Source: an uncultured Odoribacter sp. (lineage in GTDB: Bacteria > Bacteroidota > Bacteroidia > Bacteroidales > Marinifilaceae). From it: a stretch of DNA of 24,000 bases. This document shows positions 8,946-17,815 of this stretch, in pieces. Position 1 is the first letter of the stretch. Each line of letters begins with the position of its first letter. The stretch spans positions 13,080 through 37,079 of the forward strand of contig CALUKF010000001.1 in the NCBI GenBank assembly GCA_944321145.1. The letters run 5' to 3'. The position numbers and the translations under genes were made by a program. The notes beneath the pieces were generated by a model, which was not told the DNA's origin, did not search any database, and worked only from the letters and a program-made list of their open reading frames with translations.

Positions 8946-10388
8946 ATGAAAACATTGAGAGGTAGATTCGTATGCCTGTTGTTGCTGGTAAGTATTCTGG
9001 GCATAGGAATGTCCGCAAGGGCACAAGAGACAGAAAAAAAAGAGATTCCATTGAAGTATGGGGCAACGTATGTCGGCAAACGCCAAGATGACGCAATGAA
9101 AAAATTCCGAGAGAACCGCTTGGGAGCGTTTATTCATTGGGGTTTGTACGCCATTCCCGGCGGAGAGTGGAATGGGAAGGTCTATAACGGTGCGGCGGAA
9201 TGGCTGAAATCGTGGGCAAAAGTGCCTTCCGATGAATGGATGAAACTGATGAAGGAGTGGAATCCGAAACAATTTGATGCGCAGACATGGGCGAAGATGA
9301 TGAAGGACATGGGTGTGAAGTATGTAAAAATCACGACTAAACACCACGAGGGTTTTTGTCTGTGGTCGAGCAAGTATAGCAAGTATACGGTAGCCCATAC
9401 GCCTTACAAGAAAGATATTTGGGGGGAATTGGTCAAGGCATTTAATGATGAGGGCATAGATGTGCACTTTTATTTTTCAGTAATGGATTGGAGCCATCCG
9501 GATTGGCGTTATGATATTAAGACGGCTGAGGATAGTGTCGCATTCAGCCGTTTTTTGGAATTTACGGACAATCAGCTGCGGGAACTTGCCGAACGGTATC
9601 CAACAGTGAAAGATTTTTGGTTTGACGGCACATGGGATGCGAGTGTGAAAAAGAATGCCTGGTGGACTGCCCATGCTGAGCAGATGCTAAAGGAATTGCT
9701 GCCCGGCGTGACGGTAAACAGCCGTTTGCGGGCAGACGATTACGGCAAACGCCATTTTGATAGCAACGGTCATTTGATGGGTGATTATGAGTCCGGTTAT
9801 GAACGTCGCTTGCCTGACCCGATAAAAGATGTGCAGGTCACGCAATGGGATTGGGAAGCATGCATGACCTTGCCTGAGAACCAATGGGGCTATCATAAGG
9901 ATTGGTCGCTTAGTTATGTGAAGACTCCTGTGGAAGTATTGGAGCGCATTGTGCATGCTGTATCGATGGGGGGCAATATGGTGGTGAATTTCGGTCCCCA
10001 GCCTGACGGGGATTTCCGCCCGGAGGAGAAGGAGATGGCAGCCGCCATTGGGGAATGGATGCGGAAGTACGGCGAATGTATTTACGGTTGCGATTATGCC
10101 GGTTTGGAAAAACAAGATTGGGGGTATTATACCCGGCATGGGGAGAATGTTTATATGGTGGTATTCAACCGCCCTTATTCTTCCCATTTGATAGTGAAGT
10201 CTTCTAAAGGGGAGCAACTTGTTAGCGCAGAACTTTTGGATGGAACGCGATTGAAGGTCACAGAGACAGCGCGTGATGAATACCATGTGAATATGCCTGT
10301 CCAAGACCCTAGTGAACCTTTCGTCATTCGCTTGCATTTTGAAAAAGCAGGAGAAAATGGAAAGAAATATCGTGAGGCTCTTATTTAG
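8946..10388 (+). CDS. Alpha-L-fucosidase, glycoside hydrolase family 29
   Basis: 480 aa with a signal peptide (LLLLVSILGIGMSARAQE). GH29 hallmark blocks are present: FIHWGLYAIPGGEW, KYVKITTKHHEGFCLW and DFWFDGTWD. Confidence 0.93.
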   Translation: MKTLRGRFVCLLLLVSILGIGMSARAQETEKKEIPLKYGATYVGKRQDDAMKKFRENRLGAFIHWGLYAIPGGEWNGKVYNGAAEWLKSWAKVPSDEWMKLMKEWNPKQFDAQTWAKMMKDMGVKYVKITTKHHEGFCLWSSKYSKYTVAHTPYKKDIWGELVKAFNDEGIDVHFYFSVMDWSHPDWRYDIKTAEDSVAFSRFLEFTDNQLRELAERYPTVKDFWFDGTWDASVKKNAWWTAHAEQMLKELLPGVTVNSRLRADDYGKRHFDSNGHLMGDYESGYERRLPDPIKDVQVTQWDWEACMTLPENQWGYHKDWSLSYVKTPVEVLERIVHAVSMGGNMVVNFGPQPDGDFRPEEKEMAAAIGEWMRKYGECIYGCDYAGLEKQDWGYYTRHGENVYMVVFNRPYSSHLIVKSSKGEQLVSAELLDGTRLKVTETARDEYHVNMPVQDPSEPFVIRLHFEKAGENGKKYREALI

Positions 10389-10397
10389 AAATAAAAA

Positions 10398-12521
10398 ATG
10401 GCGGTTATGGTAAATGTAAGAGTATTTTTAATTTGCATCATTTGCACTTGTAGTTGGTTTGTTTCATTTGCCCGTGAAGTCGTGCCGTTTAACGACGCTT
10501 GGCAATTCAAGAAAGGTCCTTTTCCTATGGATGTAATGAAAACCGTTGCTTTATGGGAAGGGAAGTGGGAAGATGTGACGTTGCCTCATACATGGAATGC
10601 TAAAGATATGCAGCAAAAGGCAAATGCTTTTTACCAAGGTGTTGCTTATTATCGCAAGCGATATTTTTTTCCTAATGATTGGCAAGGGAAGTCTCTCTTT
10701 TTGCGTTTTGAAGGCATAGGCAGTTGCGCTGAGGTTTATGTCAACGGTAAATTAGTTGGTGCGCACAAAGGAGCTTATTCGGCTTTTGCTTGTGAAATCC
10801 AGGAGGAAATCCGGTTTGGGGAAGAAAATGAAATTGTGGTCAAGGCGGATAATGCTTTGCGTCCGGATGTGATACCTGTAAACCACTCCCTTTTTGGAGT
10901 GTATGGAGGAATTTATCGTCCGGTGTCACTTATCGTTACCGAGCCGTGCCATATTGCCGTGACGGATTGTGCTTCTTCTGGTGTTTACATTACTCAAAAG
11001 AATGTTTCGCATCAATCTGCAGATGTTACGGTTCGGGTGAAATTAGACAATGGCGGGCTGTACCCCGTGCCTCTTGTTTTAGAAACAGCCATTTATGATG
11101 GGGCGGGGAAGCGGGTGGCATGGAAGAAGCAGGCGCTGGAACTTACCCCTCAAGGCATGCAGGAATATGCATCTTCATTTCACATCCGTCGTCCGCATTT
11201 GTGGCAGGGACGCAAAGATCCTTACCTTTACAATGTGAGAATTTGCCTTTATCAGGGGGATGCGCTGATTGACGAAATATCACAACCGCTGGGTTTAAGA
11301 AAATATGAAATCATTGCCGGGAAAGGTTTTTATTTAAATGGAGAGAAGTATCCGATGTATGGTGTAACCCGTCACCAGGATTGGTGGGGCTTAGGCAGTG
11401 CTTTGGCAAAAGAGAACCATGATGCCGACCTTGCAATGATTATGGATATCGGGGCAACAACGATACGTCTTGCCCATTACCAACAATCGGATTATATTTA
11501 CTCCCGGTGCGATACGTTAGGGCTGATTGTTTGGGCGGAAATCCCCTTTGTGAATCGTGTGACAGGCGAAGAATGGGAAAATGCCCATAACCAATTGCGT
11601 GAATTGATTCGGCAGAGCTTCAACCATCCTTCCATTTATATATGGGGACTTCACAATGAAGTATACCAACCTCATGCCTATACGGCACAATTGACCCGGT
11701 CGTTGCATGAATTGGCGAAAACGGAAGATCCTGACCGTTATACGGTGTCGGTTAATGGCTATGGTCATGCCGACCATCCTGTCAATATGAATGCGGATGT
11801 TCAGGGCATGAACCGCTATTACGGTTGGTATGAAAAAAAGATTACAGATATAGATGCTTGGGTTGAAGGGCTTGAAGCGGATTACCCGGAAATGAAATTG
11901 ATGTTGACGGAATATGGCGCTGATGCCAATATTGCCCATCAGACTGAATTTCTAAGTGAATCCCTTAATTGGACAAAAGAGTTTTATCCGGAAACTTTTC
12001 AGACCAAAACCCATGAATACCAGTGGAGTGTAATCGAAAAACATCCTTATATTATAGCCTCTTACCTGTGGAATATGTTTGATTTTGCTTGTCCGATGTG
12101 GGACAGGGGCGGTGTTCCGGCTCGAAATATGAAAGGCTTGGTGACTTTTGACCGGAAAGTAAAAAAAGATGCTTATTATTGGTACAAAGCCAATTGGAGT
12201 GAAGAGCCTGTGCTTTACTTGACGCAAAGGCGGAATGCCGACCGGGAAACTCGAAGGACAACAGTAACTGTTTATTCTAACATAGGGCAACCAAAACTAT
12301 TTTTGAATGGGAAAGAGCTGGCAGAAGTTCGACAGGGATATACTGTTGTGCATTATATTTTTGATAATGTAGTATTAGCAGATGGAAAGAATATCTTGAC
12401 TGCTGTTGTTGTAACTTCAGATGGCAAGGAATATCGGGATGAAATTGAATGGTATTATACTGGGGAAAAGCGTCGTACAGTGGACAATTTTGAAAATAAA
12501 GGTGAACATTCGGGCTTTTAA
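10398..12521 (+). CDS. Glycoside hydrolase family 2 protein (beta-galactosidase/beta-glucuronidase-like)
   Basis: 707 aa, starting 9 nt after the GH29 stop. It has an N-terminal signal-like segment. GH2 blocks are present: LPHTWNAKD, GVYGGIYRPVSL, TRHQDWWG, NHPSIYIWGLHNEV (acid/base NE) and LTEYGADA (nucleophile EYG). Confidence 0.9.
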   Translation: MAVMVNVRVFLICIICTCSWFVSFAREVVPFNDAWQFKKGPFPMDVMKTVALWEGKWEDVTLPHTWNAKDMQQKANAFYQGVAYYRKRYFFPNDWQGKSLFLRFEGIGSCAEVYVNGKLVGAHKGAYSAFACEIQEEIRFGEENEIVVKADNALRPDVIPVNHSLFGVYGGIYRPVSLIVTEPCHIAVTDCASSGVYITQKNVSHQSADVTVRVKLDNGGLYPVPLVLETAIYDGAGKRVAWKKQALELTPQGMQEYASSFHIRRPHLWQGRKDPYLYNVRICLYQGDALIDEISQPLGLRKYEIIAGKGFYLNGEKYPMYGVTRHQDWWGLGSALAKENHDADLAMIMDIGATTIRLAHYQQSDYIYSRCDTLGLIVWAEIPFVNRVTGEEWENAHNQLRELIRQSFNHPSIYIWGLHNEVYQPHAYTAQLTRSLHELAKTEDPDRYTVSVNGYGHADHPVNMNADVQGMNRYYGWYEKKITDIDAWVEGLEADYPEMKLMLTEYGADANIAHQTEFLSESLNWTKEFYPETFQTKTHEYQWSVIEKHPYIIASYLWNMFDFACPMWDRGGVPARNMKGLVTFDRKVKKDAYYWYKANWSEEPVLYLTQRRNADRETRRTTVTVYSNIGQPKLFLNGKELAEVRQGYTVVHYIFDNVVLADGKNILTAVVVTSDGKEYRDEIEWYYTGEKRRTVDNFENKGEHSGF

Positions 12522-12761
12522 GAACAATTGAAAGCATGGCTTGTTCCCCTCTAAACTTGCTCTCTGCTTCTTTCGCTGCTTCTCCGGACATCTTTCGTTC
12601 ATCCCGTGGTTCCAACCACGGAAGATACAAGGCATATCTGGAGAATGAGCGGGAGAAGTAGAGACCAACTATAGACCGGATAGCAAGCGCGTGGTCATTT
12701 GATAAGGCAAGATTGCTTTGCGTGAGGTTTAATCTGCGTTGCCAATAATTGCCTAAGAGTT

Positions 12762-12791
12762 TTTGATATTGGGAAATTTACTGTATTTTTG
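12762..12791 (+). promoter_or_regulatory. Candidate Bacteroides sigma-A promoter (TTTG-N18-TATTTTTG) for the 12826 gene
   Basis: TTTG at 12762-12765 and TATTTTTG at 12784-12791, 35 nt before ATG 12826. The -7 box is bracketed by an 8-bp inverted repeat: TACTGTAT at 12779-12786 and ATACAGTA at 12813-12820. Confidence 0.45.
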
Positions 12792-12825
12792 TAGTATTAG
12801 AATTTGAAATTAATACAGTAGCCGT

Positions 12826-14007
12826 ATGAAGATAAAGTTATTGCTTGCATTTTGTTTGCTTTCTGTCGGTGCTTTTGCGCAAGATGTCATCATTAAAAGG
12901 AACGGGGATGAGATTCAAGCCAAGGTGCTGACCGTTTCAAATGCCCAAGTGGATTACAAGAAGTGGTCTAACCCAGAGGGACCGACGTACATCCTGCCTC
13001 GCGCAGACATATTCATGATTAAATATGCCAACGGCGACAAGGATGTCTTTGGCGATAATGCGCCGTCGGAGAAGAAAGAGGTCGCCTCTTCGGAAGGGGA
13101 AACCGGCACTGCCCGGTACGTGAGGAAAGCGCCTGCGCCCAACAATGCAGAATTGGTAAAGAGATATAATTCGGAAATCCGTATCACGACACAGCCCTCC
13201 GACAAGGATGCCAAATGGGCTTTTCCTATTCTTGCGGTATCCGATTCCTCGGTGCTTGCCACGGAAGATATTGAAGTGTCGATTGTTCCCCAAATTCTTC
13301 TTTATGGCACATATACTTGCATATTGCGTTACTACATAAGAATAGAGAATAAAACGGATGCCACGATTTATATTGACAGAGGCAATACGTTTAAAGTATA
13401 TAAGGACGGATCAAGCAAGGCTTATTATAATCCTAACCAAGTGAATGTGACGAAAGGAGGAAGCACGGGCGTGGGGATTAACTTGGGCGGTGTTGCCAAT
13501 GTGTTGGGGATAGGTGGTGCCATAGGCACTTTGGCAGGCGCAACGACTGTCGGTGGTGCTTCGCAAAATGCAGTGACAACGTCCTATGCGCAGGAGCGCA
13601 TTTTGGCCATTCCGCCGCATGCCGCAGCCAATCTTACTGAGTACAAGGAGGCTCATGTAAAAGGGAAACAATATAAAACAATCTCAGAGGCGGAATATTG
13701 GTATTATCCTTGGGGTATTCCTAATGTCAAGCGCGGGATGATAAAAAAGGGTGGATATGTTCATTATGATGAGGCTTCATCCCCTGACATGAATAAATAT
13801 TACTTGACCTATTCTTCTCAAGCTGATTTTTCAACTTATTCTACGATTACTTTTGGGGTGTATATAAGATACCTTATAGGAGAACGTCTATTTTTGTACA
13901 CGACTGTGAATAAAGAAAAGTATATAGAATATATGCAAAAATACTTGCCTGATTTTTGGGATAATCCCTATATAATTGTAGGGAGCGATTTCCTTATTGG
14001 TAAATAG
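12826..14007 (+). CDS. Uncharacterised secreted protein with an internal glycine-zipper segment
   Basis: 393 aa with a signal peptide (LLLAFCLLSVGAFAQD). The N-terminal module VIIKRNGDEIQAKVLTVSNAQVDYKKW...IFMIKYANGDKDVF is of a kind common at the start of Bacteroidota hypothetical proteins. The central Gly-rich stretch GGSTGVGINLGGVANVLGIGGAIGTLAGATTVGGAS contains GxxxGxxxG. I recognise no catalytic motif. Confidence 0.8.
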   Translation: MKIKLLLAFCLLSVGAFAQDVIIKRNGDEIQAKVLTVSNAQVDYKKWSNPEGPTYILPRADIFMIKYANGDKDVFGDNAPSEKKEVASSEGETGTARYVRKAPAPNNAELVKRYNSEIRITTQPSDKDAKWAFPILAVSDSSVLATEDIEVSIVPQILLYGTYTCILRYYIRIENKTDATIYIDRGNTFKVYKDGSSKAYYNPNQVNVTKGGSTGVGINLGGVANVLGIGGAIGTLAGATTVGGASQNAVTTSYAQERILAIPPHAAANLTEYKEAHVKGKQYKTISEAEYWYYPWGIPNVKRGMIKKGGYVHYDEASSPDMNKYYLTYSSQADFSTYSTITFGVYIRYLIGERLFLYTTVNKEKYIEYMQKYLPDFWDNPYIIVGSDFLIGK

Positions 14008-14015
14008 AGGTTTGT

Positions 14016-14303
14016 TTGATTCTCTGGGCTATGCTGAAAATCGTAGGTATCATGTTGTCCGGCGTGTTGGTCGGTTATTTGTTGAGGAATAGGAACTTGT
14101 CATTTGTTTCCAAGGGCATTATGGCAGCCATTTGGCTGTTGCTGTTCTTGTTGGGCGTGGCGGTTGGCGGGAATGAAGCCATTTTGGGAAGTCTGGATAC
14201 GATAGGTTTGCAGGCACTTTTGTTAAGTGTTGGAGGAGTTGGGGGAAGTGTTGTATGCGCGTGGGTGGTTTACCGTTTCTTTTGGTCAGGCAAAAAATCA
14301 TAA
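14016..14303 (+). CDS. LysO/DUF340 family membrane protein, small subunit-like part
   Basis: 95-aa ORF from TTG 14016; ATG 14031 (MLKIVGIMLSGVLVGYLL...) is an alternative start. It predicts three hydrophobic helices. It resembles the N-terminal third of E. coli YbjE/LysO and is followed directly by the larger LysO-like gene. Confidence 0.7.
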   Translation: MILWAMLKIVGIMLSGVLVGYLLRNRNLSFVSKGIMAAIWLLLFLLGVAVGGNEAILGSLDTIGLQALLLSVGGVGGSVVCAWVVYRFFWSGKKS

Positions 14304-14318
14304 GGAGGGAGGGGGAGT

Positions 14319-14921
14319 ATGCGCAGCAGTCTGATTATCATCTCTTTTTTTGTTGCAGGGCTTTTATTGGCATATTGGGGCGTGCTGCCTGAAGGCTTGG
14401 CGGATGGCGATTTGAGCATGTATGCCCTTTACTTGCTGATGTTTCTTGTGGGCATTAGCATCGGGAGCGACATGAAAGCCTTGCGTGCCTTGAAAGAGCA
14501 GCACTGGAAGATTCTTCTGGTGCCGCTTGCCACCATCCTCGGCACCTTGGGCGGCAGTGCGTTGGTCAGCCTGTTTTTACCGGGGCGCACGCTGTGGGAC
14601 TGTTTGGCAGTCGGTTCCGGTTTTGGCTACTATTCTCTGTCCTCGGTATTCATCACGGAGTATCGCGGCGCGGAGTTGGGCACGGTGGCACTCGTGGCAA
14701 ATATTGTCCGGGAAATCATCACGCTGCTGGGGGCTCCTTTGCTGGTCTGCTGGTTTGGCAGGCTTGCGCCAATTTGTTCAGGCGGGGCGACGACGATGGA
14801 TACGACGCTTCCCGTTATCAGTCGCTTTTCCGGAAAGGAGTTTGTAGTGGTGTCTATTTTTCATGGTTTTGTGGTGGACTTCAGTGTGCCTTTCCTTGTG
14901 ACCTTTTTTTGCAAGTTGTAA
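14319..14921 (+). CDS. LysO/DUF340 family membrane protein (lysine-exporter-like), large part
   Basis: 200 aa and polytopic (about 6 hydrophobic segments). The small and large ORFs together approximate the single E. coli LysO polypeptide. It is preceded by a purine-rich AAGGAGGGAGGGGGAG tract. Confidence 0.8.
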   Translation: MRSSLIIISFFVAGLLLAYWGVLPEGLADGDLSMYALYLLMFLVGISIGSDMKALRALKEQHWKILLVPLATILGTLGGSALVSLFLPGRTLWDCLAVGSGFGYYSLSSVFITEYRGAELGTVALVANIVREIITLLGAPLLVCWFGRLAPICSGGATTMDTTLPVISRFSGKEFVVVSIFHGFVVDFSVPFLVTFFCKL

Positions 14922-14927
14922 TGGGAT

Positions 14928-14964
14928 AAAAAAAGACGTACCCGGAACGGGCACGTCTTTTTTC
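14928..14964. terminator. Bidirectional rho-independent terminator between convergent LysO and gap
   Basis: AGACGTACCCG (14934-14944) pairs with CGGGCACGTCT (14948-14958) in 10 of 11 positions. It is flanked by an A-run (14928-14934) and a T-run (14958-14963), so it reads as hairpin plus U-tract on both strands. Confidence 0.85.
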
Positions 14965-14985
14965 TTCACTTTTTAATGTATGGAC

Positions 14986-16089
<1,104 letters not shown>

Positions 16090-16327
16090 TCAAAATCTCA
16101 CAAAAAAGCGTTCAAACGATTTCAACTTTCCAACCTTTCTCTCTTTGCCATAGTCTTTTAACGCATACGTTTCCTTCGGGTATAAGCCATTGAAATCATG
16201 TTGCTTGCAAATGTACGACAAATTAACGGAAACGAGTGCATGATTGGACGAAAAAATCATCTCCATTTTGAAAAAAGTCCCTGTCCAAAAAAAGATGCCT
16301 TTTTGCCTTGAAATTTTTGCAGAAAAG

Positions 16328-16359
16328 TTTGCTGCAAACGTTGTAATCCCTTACCTTTG
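16328..16359 (+). promoter_or_regulatory. Well-formed Bacteroides sigma-A promoter (TTTG-N20-TACCTTTG) with no downstream plus-strand gene
   Basis: TTTG at 16328-16331, a 20-nt spacer, then TACCTTTG at 16352-16359. This is the best match to the -33/-7 consensus that I found in the window. Confidence 0.5.
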
Positions 16360-16364
16360 TCGCG

Positions 16365-16449
16365 TGATATAGTAGTATATTGCTTTATTAAGTGTAGTAA
16401 ATTTATTGTTAGTGTGTTAAAAAGCGGGGCATCCAGACCCCGCTTTTTT
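16365..16449 (+). ncRNA. Candidate small RNA of about 85 nt (orphan promoter-to-terminator unit)
   Basis: Bounded by the promoter at 16328-16359 and the hairpin plus T6 at 16424-16449. The interior is AT-rich with stop codons in all plus frames. It contains two similar segments: TAAGTGTAGTAAA and TTAGTGTGTTAAA. The 5' end is only estimated. Confidence 0.3.
16419..16449. terminator. Bidirectional rho-independent terminator (tilS 3' end; also closes the candidate sRNA)
   Basis: GCGGGG (16424-16429) pairs with CCCCGC (16438-16443) around an 8-nt loop. It is flanked by A5 (16419-16423) and T6 (16444-16449). The T-run abuts the tilS stop codon. Confidence 0.8.
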
Positions 16450-17798
16450 CATTTCTTCTCATCGCTTGATTTTGGCAATAGCTTAATAACCAACATGTTT
16501 TTTGTAAACGATGTAATCTTGAACCGATCGTCAATCCGGTGCCCGATGACCCACGCGATTTTGTCTTCGCTGAGCAGCAACAGGCATTCTTGTTTCTGTC
16601 GTGCGCTGAATTTCTGGTTCGTAAAGAAATCACTGAGTTTCTTTTTGCTCCGTTTCATTCCAATGGGGCAGAAATAGTCCCCTGCCTGCCAGTTGCGAAT
16701 CGTCAACGGGAATTTCACTTTGTCGGCGTCCAGGCAGGCTATCCGCTGGTCGTCAGGAATCTCAAACTCCTTCGTCCGTGGGAAAAGGAAGATGTCAAAC
16801 CGCTCGCCTCCTGCTTCATATTGTCCGGGAGCCGGGATTTCCAATGTGCACTGCACTCTTTTGCTTGCATCGTAGAGCCGCCAATACGTGCGTCCTTTGA
16901 CCAGCACATGCTGTCCTGCCATGAATTGTTTCCCCGGCGTTGCGTCGTGCGAATTTAGGATGTCCCGGATTTGCGCCTTGTTGAACCCGAAGGGGCGCAG
17001 GGTTTCATATAATAAGGTATAGGGTGCCGGCGATGCCATGGTTTTTTGGATGTTTACCAGAATTTCGTCCTCTTCGCAGTCCAGCACCTCCTCCTGCAAT
17101 GCCCGCACGCCGTATTCAAAAATCTGTTCCGTTTCTTTCAGCGCCTCGCAATTCTCTGCCACTGTTGTAAGCAGCGACGGATTGATGTCTTTCAATACGG
17201 GAATCACTTGGTGGCGTATCCGGTTGCGCATATAGTCCAGCGAGTTGTTCGTCGAGTCCGTCCGGTAGCCCAATTGGTGGTCGGCAATGTATTGCAGGAT
17301 GTCTGCACGCGAGCATTCCAACAGCGGGCGCAGCACATCGCCGTTCACCGGCTTAATGCCTGTCAGCCCTTTGATGCCCGTGCCTCGGCAGAAATTGATG
17401 AGCACCGTCTCCGCCAAGTCGTCCGCATGGTGTGCTACCACGATGTAGTCCATCCGCTTCTTTGCCTTCATCTCATGAAACCACGCATAGCGCAATTCCC
17501 TCGCCGCCATTTCGATGCTCAGACCGTGCTCCTTGGCATAGCCCTTTGTGTCGAACTTCCGGACGCTGTGGGCGATGCCGTAGCTGTCGCAAAAACGTTT
17601 TACAAACTGCTCGTCCATGTCCGACTCTTTACCCCGTAGCGCAAAATTGCAATGTAGTGCCAATATCCGCAGGTTCATATACTTCATCGCGTGCAACAGG
17701 CTGATAGAGTCTGCTCCCCCGCTCACGGCAACGATGAAACGCGCGTCTCGTGGAATCTGCTCTTTCTCTAAAAAACGTTCAATGCATTCCCGTACCAT
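16449..17798 (-). CDS. tilS: tRNA(Ile)-lysidine synthetase
   Basis: It has the PP-loop motif FIVAVSGGADSISLL, a conserved HHADD block and a TilS-type C-terminal domain. The ORF track starts at GTG 17843, which overlaps the ABC-F gene by 28 nt. ATG 17798 (MVRECIERFLEKEQ..., 449 aa) gives the usual N-terminal length before the SGGxDS motif. ATG 17825 is another possibility. Confidence 0.92.
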   Translation of the reverse strand: MVRECIERFLEKEQIPRDARFIVAVSGGADSISLLHAMKYMNLRILALHCNFALRGKESDMDEQFVKRFCDSYGIAHSVRKFDTKGYAKEHGLSIEMAARELRYAWFHEMKAKKRMDYIVVAHHADDLAETVLINFCRGTGIKGLTGIKPVNGDVLRPLLECSRADILQYIADHQLGYRTDSTNNSLDYMRNRIRHQVIPVLKDINPSLLTTVAENCEALKETEQIFEYGVRALQEEVLDCEEDEILVNIQKTMASPAPYTLLYETLRPFGFNKAQIRDILNSHDATPGKQFMAGQHVLVKGRTYWRLYDASKRVQCTLEIPAPGQYEAGGERFDIFLFPRTKEFEIPDDQRIACLDADKVKFPLTIRNWQAGDYFCPIGMKRSKKKLSDFFTNQKFSARQKQECLLLLSEDKIAWVIGHRIDDRFKITSFTKNMLVIKLLPKSSDEKK

Positions 17799-17815
17799 AT
17801 TCTTGAATTTATCGG

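Noticed and set aside
8877-10337. Minus-strand ORFs (196 aa and 216 aa) antisense to the GH29 gene, and the 15308-15862 plus-strand ORF antisense to gap
   Set aside because: They lie inside genes with clear family motifs on the opposite strand. They have no signal, no motifs and no independent start context.
12605-12622. CCGTGG-TTCCAA-CCACGG hairpin reminiscent of a tRNA T-arm
   Set aside because: The loop is 6 nt rather than the 7-nt TTCRANN. No acceptor, D or anticodon arms can be drawn from the flanking sequence on either strand. It is not a tRNA.
14527-14929. Two overlapping plus-strand ORFs (106 aa and 111 aa) in alternative frames of the large LysO-like gene
   Set aside because: Their translations are Arg/Gly/Trp-rich and non-membrane-like. 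The annotated frame gives a coherent polytopic membrane protein.
16357-16677. 106-aa plus-strand ORF running from the gap-tilS spacer through the terminator into tilS antisense
   Set aside because: It starts at a non-ATG codon, crosses a strong bidirectional terminator, and is mostly antisense to tilS. Its translation has no motifs I recognise.
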